Source: Ascoidea asiatica JCM 7603
Taxonomy: Eukaryota > Fungi > Ascomycota
NCBI GenBank assembly: GCA_001600695.1
Contig: BCKQ01000004.1
Coordinates: 541,583 to 605,582, forward strand
Length of the DNA: 64,000 nt
Direction of reading: 5' to 3'
The position numbers were made by a program, and so were the translations under genes. Below, piece after piece: positions 47,822-57,978 of this stretch. Every line of letters begins with the position of its first letter. Within the stretch, counting starts at the first letter, position 1. The notes under the pieces are model-generated. The model did not search any database and was not told where the DNA came from. It worked only from the letters and a program-made list of their open reading frames with translations.

Positions 47822-48426
47822 TGTCAGATAATATACTTTATATCAATTGATTATTATATTCTATTAATTATTATCTTCTCATCATATTGTTATTATTGTT
47901 ATTATTATTGTTGTTATTATTATTATTACTGTTGTTATTATTGTTTATTTATTCAGAAGTGAGAAGTGAGAAGTGAGAAGTGAGAAGTGAATATAAGAAT
48001 CTAAAATGTGACGACGATCACGTGGGCATGACCACGTGGTATTGTAAAACAAATAAACAAATAAACAAATAAACAATAAATCAGATCTGAAAAGGAGAGA
48101 AATCAAAAGGAACTTGTACTTGGGAGTAGTATTAGAGATAGTAGTAGTGATAGTAGTAGTGATAGTAGTAGTGAAGTCACATCATCTCTATTTGAAGATA
48201 TTATTTCCTATTTCGAAAATATTTTAGTCACGTTTTTGAAAAATGAACTTTTGAAAAAGCTCAGCGGAAATCACCCAAAATCCGCCAAATAACCGCATTT
48301 GTATCAGACAAAGGATTTAAAATCGGGCCCGAAGGTTTTAAGAGTGACCAGAAAGTATTAACATGGGAAGCCAGGTACCCTCTATAAATGGAATATATAT
48401 AAAAGAAGTACAGTACTAACAGATTG

Positions 48427-49060
48427 TTAATGTATTATCAAACTATTCAATATCGAATACGTCAATATTAAATTCCTAAGATTATTGCTCCAAATCGTTT
48501 CCCAGTGGCGGTAAAGGAAAAGGTTTCTAGAAAGACCAGCAATTGTAGACGTAGGTGGCACAACAATTGGAGAGGGTTTGATATTAAGTTTCTTTTTATC
48601 ATCAAAAAAGGATTGATTAGAAATTCCAAAAGACTCCCCTGGGATATTTGGTTTGACATTTAAATGAGAAAAAGATTTATCTAGATCATCATCCAAAGAA
48701 TCATTACTTTTTGTTAAGAGACTTTAATCCTCAATTGGAAAAACAATTACAATAGACGTTACCACTTTAGAAGGACCCATAACAGAATAACTTACTGCTG
48801 AAAAGATAGGTTTAGATTATTGTAACTATTTCTCTCATTGATCATCTTCTCATTATTAATGCTATTATCGTAAATGTCTTCAAACATTAATTGTTTCTCC
48901 ATTTTCATTTCAAACTGGTCTAACAAAGTTGAGTTAAGATCATGAAAAAAAGAAGTTGGTATTTGAATGGGTTGAACTAAATATTCTAGTATTATTTTTG
49001 GAGTTGTCATTGGTGGCAATACTTGAACTGTTTTTATTTGTAGACTGGTCCTTATAGATA
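48427..49060 (-). pseudogene. Fragmented coding-like relic, or a small spliced orphan gene
   Basis: Consecutive protein-like minus-strand segments in different frames: YKDQSTNK..., FHDLNSTLLDQFEMKMEKQ..., SLLTKSNDSLDDDLDKSF.... Confidence 0.35.
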
Positions 49061-50119
49061 TGATGAGAATATAAATTTAAAACAATAGAATTAGGTTCTT
49101 GAATGATTGAGTTGGAACTTTAATTAACACTTTTCTTATTATTATTGTTTATTGTTTTTTTATATTGGATAATAATATAGATATAATTATAATATTAGAT
49201 ACAACAATAATGAATAAACCATGTAACAAAAGCAAAAACAAACATCAGTTAATAATTCATTTGACTTTTCTTTAATTACAAAAACCAAAGGGGGTTTATC
49301 TATTGAAATGAATAGTTGAAGAAGAAATAGAAGAGGATTTATATAATGTTCAAACATTTTGGGATTCATTTGTTTGAGGTGGGCCTCTTTTATTGTTTAA
49401 AGGCCCACAATTATTTATGGGAAAATGGATTTTGGATAGGATATATTCCATGGTACGGATAAATAGCTAAATGTCAATAAAAATATCTGCAAATAGAGAT
49501 GTTGTATCTTCACTTAGTATTACTCGAGTAGAAGACTGGAGAGTAGAGACTGGAGAGTACTGGTAGAGTGAGTGAGTGAGTGAGTGAGCGAGTGAGCGAG
49601 TGTCGGTTCGCTTGTTGGGCGGTGCTCGTTCACTCGCTCGCTGCTTTACGGCGCTGTGGCGGTGCAGCGAGTGCTCTTCTTTCATTGGACTACCTCCAGA
49701 ACAGGTCCACTCCATCTTCACACTGGCTTCACACTGGCTTCACACTGCTCCAGACTATCTTTAGTATCGACACTTCCTGGTTACTTCCTGAGCCACTATT
49801 CCAGTCTATTCCAGTCTATTCCTGTGGCTGAGCTGCAATGAAAAAAACTAATGAAAGCATAAAAAGGATATAAACAAGAAAGATGAAATATGAAATATGA
49901 AATATATGAAATATATGAAATATCAGTGAATCTGAATTATTATAAAACAAGATATAAAAAGAGAACAAGAGAATACTTACTCTATTCCATTTACTATTCA
50001 TTCATTACTTCATTACTTCCTTACTTCATTACTTCATATTCATATCTCTCACAGTCATACTCATAGTCTAAGTCATATAACATTCATATCATTATCATTA
50101 TCATTATCATTATTTAAAA

Positions 50120-50134
50120 ATGGTAATTGAAAAT

Positions 50135-50165
<31 letters not shown>

Positions 50166-51484
50166 TAAATTTAATTATAAATAAAGATAATAATAACAAA
50201 AATATATTATCTCATAAACTATCAAATTCAACTTCTTCAAATTCTTCAAATTCTTCTGTTTCTTTATCTAATTCAAATCATTCAAATATATCCTCAATTT
50301 CTTCATTAAATGATTACTCAAATTTAAATTCTAAATCAAATATTAATTTAAATAATTCAATACTGTCGAATATTAATAACAATACCAAAAATAACAAAAA
50401 TACCAAAAATAACAAAAATAATAAAAGAAAAAGAAAATTTCAAATAAATTTAGATTTTTTTTCAAAATTTGATTTAATTCAAATTAAATTATATTCTATA
50501 TTCTTATCAATTATTTTATTCTCTTATTATTTAATTCCAATTAATATAAATAATTTATTTTTAAAAAATTTAAAATTATATTCATCTTATTTTTTAATAT
50601 TACAATATAAATCAAAAATAAATCAAGAATATTATGATATTGGTAAAAATGATTTATATTTTATTATATTTTGGTTATTTAATTTATTAATAATTAGATT
50701 AATTTTAATTAATTTAATTTTTAAAAATATTGCTTTAAATTCTTTAATTTTTAAAAATTTAAAATTTATTCAAAGATTCTCTGAACAAGCTTGGTATTTA
50801 TTTTATTATTTATTCTCTTTTATTATTGGATTTCATTTATATTATAATTCAAACTATTTTCACTTATTTAACTTAGATAATATTTATAATAATTGGCCAA
50901 ATAATAATTTATCATATTCTTTTAAATTTTATTATCTTATTCAATTATCAAATTGGTTTCAACAATTATTTGTTTTAAATATTGAAAAAAAAAGAAAAGA
51001 TTATTATCAAATGTTTTCTCATCATATTATTACAATTCTTTTAATGATTGGGTCTTATTATTATTATTTTAATAAAATTGGTCATATAATTTTAGTAATT
51101 ATGGATTTTGTTGATATTTTTTTATCATTTGCAAAAATTTTAAAATATTATAATTTTAAAAAATTTTGTGATTTAATATTCTTAATTTTTTTATTATCTT
51201 GGATTATCTTAAGACATGGTTTTTATAATATTTTATTTTTTTTCACTTTTAAAAATTCTTTAAATTTAATTTATTTTAATGAATTAAATAATATTATTTT
51301 AAATAATAATAATATAAATAATTTATTTATAAAAAATTATGCAAATATTTTAATTAATATTTTCTTAATTTTATTATTTGGTTTACAAATTATTGCTTGT
51401 ATTTGGATGTATTTAATTTTAAAAGTTGCTTATAAAGTAATTTCTGGTAATGGTGCTGAAGATGTCAGAAGTGATACTGATTGA
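50120..51484 (+). CDS. Ceramide synthase (TLC/Lag1 motif), Bar1/CaLac1 glucosylceramide-type clade
   Basis: RFSEQAW, RKDYYQMFSHHIIT, MDFVDIFLSFAKILKY, SWIILRHG and terminal AEDVRSD. Confidence 0.9.
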
Positions 51485-51863
51485 ATCGATTGAATCAATT
51501 GAATCCCTGATTCAAATAACATCAAAGACATCAAAGACATCAAAGACATCAAAGATATTAAAGACATTAAAGATAATATAATTGAAGAAAATAAAATTAA
51601 AGTCACTTGAATAGATAAATATATAGATTACATTACATTTTACATCTCATTTTATATCACATTTTATATCACATTTTACATTACAATGGGGTTAGGTATT
51701 TAAAATTATATAATTAATAAATTGTAAATTATATTCATATATCTTAATTATCATATCTTATTCATTATTCATTATTCATTATTCATTTATAATTATAATT
51801 ATATGTGGAGTACTTTTATATCCTTTTACATTTATAAAAATTAATTTATTCTCTTATTTGAAA

Positions 51864-51893
51864 CTTATCAACTTATCAACTTATCAACTTATC
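51864..51893 (-). promoter_or_regulatory. Four tandem GATAAG sites (8-bp period)
   Basis: The plus strand reads cttatcaa-cttatcaa-cttatcaa-cttatc. Confidence 0.55.
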
Positions 51894-52402
51894 ACCCATT
51901 TTATTAAGAAGTTATGAATTCATGAAATTATGAAATTATGAAATTATGAAATTATGAGGTTAAAATACTTTATTGTTGACAGACAACGTTTACCTTCTTT
52001 TTACCTTCTTTATTACTTTCTTGTTTACTAATTCAACCCTTGTTATTTGTCATTTGTCCATTACCTACTAAAAATATACAGTACTAAAAAATATACTAAA
52101 ATAATTATTATTAAATAACATGAATTAATAAAAGAGAATTGAAATTGGTGGTAGTGGTGACACTCAATTGATTATATTTATATTTATATTTATATTTATT
52201 ATTTAAAATATTAAAGAATTAAAGTATTATTAAAGTATTTATTGGAGTTTGGTGATTACAACAACCTTTGAACTGAATTAAAGTAAATTGAATTGATAAT
52301 AAATATATAAATATATCTTAAGTCTCTTATATTCACTACTTTTATTCACCATTTTCATAATATACAAATCTATTACATTATATAATTATATAATTTATAA
52401 AT

Positions 52403-53920
52403 ATGAGTAAAATTACAATTGATCAATTATCAAAACATAATTCAAAAAATGATTGTTGGTTAGCACTTCATGGTAAAGTTTATAATATGACTTCATTCTT
52501 AAATCAACATCCAGGTGGTTCAAAAATTTTATTAAATTATGCTGGTAAAGATGCAACTAAACCTTTTAATAAAATTCATTCAACAAGTATTATAGATTCT
52601 TTTGCTGATGATGATAATACAATTGGTGATTTTGAACAATTAGAAGAAATTGAAGATTATGAAGAAGAAAATGAAGAAGATGAAGAAGAAGATGAAGATA
52701 ACGAAGAAGAAAACAATAATAATAAAAATAAAAAAGATCCAAATGCTATAATTATGAGAAATAATGAATATAAACCAAATTTATCTCAAATACTTAATTT
52801 AAATGATTTTGAATATGTTGCAAGATTTACAATGCCAATTGATGCTTGGGCTTATTATTCTTCTGGTGGTGATGATGAAATAACTTATAGAGAAAATCAT
52901 TTAGCTTATCAAAGAATTTTTTTTAAACCAAGAATTTTAATTAATGTTTTAAATATAAATTTAAAAACAAAAATGTTAGGTATAAATACTTCATGTCCAT
53001 TTTATGTTTCTGCAACTGCTTTAGCAAAATTAGGTCATCCTGATGGTGAAAAATGTATAACAAGAGCTTGTGGTAAAGAAGATATTATTCAAATGGTTTC
53101 AACAATGTCTTCATATTCTTTTGAAGATATTCAAAATTCTTCAATACCAAATCAAAATTTATGGTTTCAATTATATGTTAATTCAAATAGAAAAATTGCT
53201 GAAAGAATAATAAAAAAAATTGAAAAATTAAATTATAAAGCTTTATTTGTAACTGTTGATAATGCTCATCCTGGTAATAGAGAAAAAGATAAAAGACATA
53301 AATCTTTTGTAATAACTAATCTTTCAACAAAATCTATTTCTCAATCAACTAATACAATGATTGATCCAAGATTATCTTGGAATGATATTAAATGGATTCA
53401 ATCTATTACAAATTTACCTTTAATTATTAAAGGTGTTGGAACTGTTGAAGATGCTTTAAAAGCTATAGATTATAATGTTCAAGGTATTGTTCTTTCTAAT
53501 CATGGTGGTAGAGAATTAGAATTTTCTCGTCCTCCAATTGAAGTTTTAGCTGAATTAAATCCAATTTTAAAACAAAAAAATTTAGGTGATAAATTTCAAG
53601 TATTTATTGATGGTGGTATAAGAAGAGGTACTGATATAATTAAAGCTTTATGTCTTGGTGCTAAAGGTGTTGGTTTAGGTAGAAGTTTTCTTTATGCTCT
53701 TTCAACTTATGGTGATGAAGGTGTTGAAAAAGCAATACAGATATTAAAAGATGAATTATTAATGAATATGAGATTATTAGGTGTTAATGATATTAAAGAA
53801 TTAAGTGAAAAATATGTTGATATTAGAGGTTTAGAATCCAGAAGTTTTGCAGGTTTTGATAATTTCCTTGAAAGAATTTATGAACCAATGGCTTTACCAA
53901 AATACAAATCAAAACTATAG
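52403..53920 (+). CDS. Flavocytochrome b2 (Cyb2)-like FMN 2-hydroxy-acid dehydrogenase with a cytochrome b5 domain and PTS1
   Basis: Heme domain CWLALHGKVY..HPGG..FNKIH; flavin domain AWAYYSSG, SATA, WFQLY, IIKG, SNHGGR and DGGIRRGTD; ends in SKL. Confidence 0.92.
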   Translation: MSKITIDQLSKHNSKNDCWLALHGKVYNMTSFLNQHPGGSKILLNYAGKDATKPFNKIHSTSIIDSFADDDNTIGDFEQLEEIEDYEEENEEDEEEDEDNEEENNNNKNKKDPNAIIMRNNEYKPNLSQILNLNDFEYVARFTMPIDAWAYYSSGGDDEITYRENHLAYQRIFFKPRILINVLNINLKTKMLGINTSCPFYVSATALAKLGHPDGEKCITRACGKEDIIQMVSTMSSYSFEDIQNSSIPNQNLWFQLYVNSNRKIAERIIKKIEKLNYKALFVTVDNAHPGNREKDKRHKSFVITNLSTKSISQSTNTMIDPRLSWNDIKWIQSITNLPLIIKGVGTVEDALKAIDYNVQGIVLSNHGGRELEFSRPPIEVLAELNPILKQKNLGDKFQVFIDGGIRRGTDIIKALCLGAKGVGLGRSFLYALSTYGDEGVEKAIQILKDELLMNMRLLGVNDIKELSEKYVDIRGLESRSFAGFDNFLERIYEPMALPKYKSKL

Positions 53921-54262
53921 TTTTTTAGACTAAAATCTACAGCTTACAGCTTACAGCTTTTCATCTTATATTTTTTATTCATTTCAATTTATAGCATAAT
54001 TTTATCATCCTTGTTACATTTCTCATTATTTTGATTATAAATCAAGAATGCAGTGTAAGTTTTAGTTCTCTGGAATCCTCATTACAAGATTTCCAATAAA
54101 TATTTCTAGGGGAATGAAAAATAATAACTTGAAAAAAAAAAACCCCATTGAATTATTTTAACTTATTCAAAAATAAAAATACTTTAACAGTCATATAACT
54201 ATGAGATGAAGATTTTAAATTAAAATAAAGATTTTTTTTTTTTAAAAATTTAAAATCACAAA

Positions 54263-56852
54263 TTATTTTTTCTTCAATTTGAAAGTTTTAGGTCCAACAA
54301 TTTCTAATTTATCTTCATCAACACACCAATTTAAAAAATTTTCTAATTGAAATTCAGTACAAGAATAACCAATTTCTTTTGGAACAACCATATTTAAAAA
54401 TGAATGAATTCTAGATATATGCATTGATCCTAAATTTGTTAACATACCAGATATAAATGGCCAATATGATTGAACAGCTAATTTATGATCTTCATTTTCA
54501 GTACTTTCATAATTATTATCATTATCATTATTTCCAGTACCTTGATCTCTTAATATTTTTTTTCTATCATTTTCATGTTCTAAAACATTATAATTTCCAG
54601 AATTACTTTCTTCAAGTATACCTTGTTTTATCCAAAAATTTAAACATTTAATAATTAAATTTTCAGAAGCTGTTGGAATCATTGATTTTAATTCTGAAAT
54701 AGAAAGATTGGATTTATTTTGAAAACAATTTATAATTGTAGCTCTTTCAGGTGAAACAGTAAAAGTTTTTGTTCTATCTTCAAGTTCTAATTCAACTTCA
54801 ACATTTCCTAAAGTTGAAAGCCATACTAATTTTCTATCTTTTTTTGTATTTTCAAATTTATGAGAATATAAATCAAATTGATTTTGAATTTCTTTAGGTA
54901 AAATAAAATTTTCTTTTGAATTATTTAATTTAAAAATTGATTGAGGCCAAAATAAATGTGATAAAATTGAAGAATGAAAATTATTTTGAATATCATTAAC
55001 TTTTATTAAAGAATTAACTGAATTATTTTTATGTAATATGGAATCAATTTTTCTTGAATCAATAATATCTTTAACCATAACATCTAAAGAATCAAATTCA
55101 GAATTATCACCAAATCTTAATTTTAATAATTCAATATTAGAATTTATTTCACTTATATCATAATCTGTTATTTTTAAAAGTTGAGAAGAAAATACATTAA
55201 TAAATTCTTTAACAATAATATCTTTTGATTCAAATAAAGAAATCAAAGATTCTATAACATCATTTACTTTACTTCTTTTAAAATCAGGTAATGCATCCAT
55301 TGGATCTGGCATCCAATTTAATTCATCATCCATATCAATAATTGTTGCAATTGCAGTTGCAGTATTTATATCATTTGATTTTTTTTTATTTGTTGTTTTT
55401 TTTAATTCAATTGAAAGATTATTTAATTCAAAATCAGGATCATTACTTAATAAACCATGAACAATATGTTGAATAGTATCATCTCTTTCATGTAAATATC
55501 TTCTTATTGGTCTACAAACTTTATCTAATAAAACACCTCTTGGATCAATAATTAAAAATGATTTAATTGTAGATATATAACATATGATTATAGTTATAGT
55601 ATTTGCACCAGCATGTAATAATTTTTTTTTAAGTAATTTTATAAATGAATTAACTAATTTTGTTCTTTGAGTAGAATTTTTTATACATTGTTTTAATTCT
55701 TCTAAAGAAGATTTTGAATTTGGAAAATTTTTAATTATATTAAAACTTTCATTAATTCTTAAATTAACTAATTCATTTTCTGCTAAAAATTTTAGAAAAT
55801 TATATATATGACTATCGGAATTTGAAGATTGTTTAGATTCAAGAATGAGATTTGAATTTGAATTTGAATTCGAATTAGAATTAGAATTAGTATGATGAGT
55901 TGGAGAACCCATTAAATCAATATCATTTAAATATTTAGAAGTATTATTAATTTCATTTGAGCTTGAATAATCTCCAGAAAGATAAAAAACAGAATCCAAT
56001 AATAAAAATTTAAAATTAGATAATCTTGGAATAATATCATCAGAGATAAAATTATAAATTTTTGGTAAAATCTTTATATTCCAAACTTTTGAAAAATTTT
56101 TATGAATAAAAAATTTTATGTATTCTTTTGTAATTTGTGCAATTAACAAACTTAAAGTATCAGTTAAATCTATATTAATTAAATTATCAGTTAAAATTAA
56201 AAGATCATTAAATTTGATTGGATCATTTGTGAATAAATAATTTCTATAAAGATCTTTTATATTTCTTATAAAAAAATTAGTTTCAAATGCTTTTGATTCA
56301 TCTAATAATAAAGTTTTATGAAATAAAGCATTTAAAGATCTATCAATTAAAGTTAATTGATCAGTTGAAAAATTTAAAAATCTAGTTGGATAATAATAAT
56401 AATCTTTTATAGTTTTAATAGATTGAATAATTTCAATAATATCTTCTTCGTCACAATCCGAATGATCATTTCTATTTTTGGGTAATAATTCATTAAAAGT
56501 ATTTTGAAAAAAATCATTTCTTATAATATCAATATAAATTAATAAAAGTTGATCTTCTAAACCAAGAATATTTCGAATTGCTTTTTCAATAACCACAGGA
56601 GGATTCAAATTCGTCATATTATAATTGGATAACCATTCTACAACTAGGTTAAATTCATTCATTATATCATTATCTGAAACATTATTGATATAAGTTATTA
56701 ATTTATTATTTGCAAAAGCTGTAGAAGATGGAAAGACTTCAACGAAGTCCTTATTTGAAATACCATTTGATCCTTCAAACATCTGAAAAGCGTCTATTAG
56801 TAACTTAACAATGATTCTCTTCTTTAATCGATACAATTGATGCTCTAATCAT
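54263..56852 (-). CDS. APC2: Anaphase-promoting complex subunit Apc2; start either ATG 56782 or a spliced exon 56852..56835
   Basis: LLHAGANT..II..YISTIKSFLIIDPRGVLLDKVCRPIRRYL, WMPDPMDA, a cullin domain, and C-terminal YWPFISGMLTNLG. Confidence 0.94.
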
Positions 56853-57196
56853 TAATTCATTTATTCACTTATTCATTCCTTCATTTATTTTTCTTTATTG
56901 ATCATCAATCTTCTATTTAATTCATCTTTCAATGTTTTTATTATAACTTTTTGATGTTTTCAGATTAAATCACAAAAAAAGTAAACAAAGAAATTAAGTG
57001 CCGTAAAAGAAAGACCCGCACTGCTGGTTCAGTGGAGAAACCTTAAAAAATATTTTTATTTTGTTCAGTTGAAAATGAAAATGAAATATTTTTGAAATGT
57101 TTTTGAAATGTTTTTACAAAGTTTTTGAAGTTGAAGAGAGAAAGTAAGAAAGAAAAAAAAATAATAAGAAGTAGATACAATTTAAATAATATTATA

Positions 57197-57814
57197 ATGA
57201 ATTTAGAAGGAAAAAACATAGATCCAAGCGATTTTATCAAGGCCCTTGAAGGTGAAAAGAGTTTAAAATTTAAAGATGAAAGACAACAAGCAAAATTTGA
57301 ACTTGGTGTTTCAATGTGTATTTATTCATATAAAGAACTTGATTTAGCTGTTGAAAATGGATTAGGAGGACCAGAAAGTGAAGATAAAAGAGATTGGGTT
57401 AGTGCAGTAATGATTGATTTATTTAAAGATAATGATGCAGTTGATAATTATCTTCTTGAAGAAACTTTAATATATATAATGTTTGATGAATTTGAAACAG
57501 TTATTGAAGATGATGGATGTTTAATACTTTCTTCAAATATTTTACATATATATAGACAATGTTTAGAGAAAAATTATACTATAATTGATGAAATGTATAA
57601 AGAATGGGAAGCAAAAAAAGAAGAAAAAAAACAAAGAAAATTATTATTAGGTAAAATAAAAGAAGAAAATGAACAAAAAGAGAAAGAAATTGAAGAATCT
57701 CTTGAAGATATTGAAAAAGAAACTAGTGAACTTAGAATTGAAAAAAAGAAAGAACCAATAATAGATGATGATGGATTTGAATTAATTCAAAAAAAAGGTA
57801 AAAGAAGACATTAA
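57197..57814 (+). CDS. TSR2: Pre-rRNA processing protein / eS26 escortin Tsr2; likely ATG 57197
   Basis: FKDERQQAKFELGVSM, AVENGLGGPESEDKRDW, MFDEFETVIEDD and C-terminal DDDGFELIQKKG. Confidence 0.93.
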   Translation: MNLEGKNIDPSDFIKALEGEKSLKFKDERQQAKFELGVSMCIYSYKELDLAVENGLGGPESEDKRDWVSAVMIDLFKDNDAVDNYLLEETLIYIMFDEFETVIEDDGCLILSSNILHIYRQCLEKNYTIIDEMYKEWEAKKEEKKQRKLLLGKIKEENEQKEKEIEESLEDIEKETSELRIEKKKEPIIDDDGFELIQKKGKRRH

Positions 57815-57978
57815 AATATGTTATTAAGTATGTAGCTAATAATAAGGCAATTAAAGTGTTTTTTTTTTTTTTCTATTTAAAAACAGATTGTAGATATTTT
57901 AGGAAAAAAAAAAAGAAAAAGAAATAAAGAAAGATAAAAATAGTGAGAGTGTACATAGAGTATATATAAAGTAAGATA

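Noticed and set aside
13697-53920. Peroxisomal gene cluster (PEX26-like, CAT2, Cyb2-SKL)
   Set aside because: The genes are spread over 40 kb among unrelated housekeeping genes; there is no evidence of clustering.
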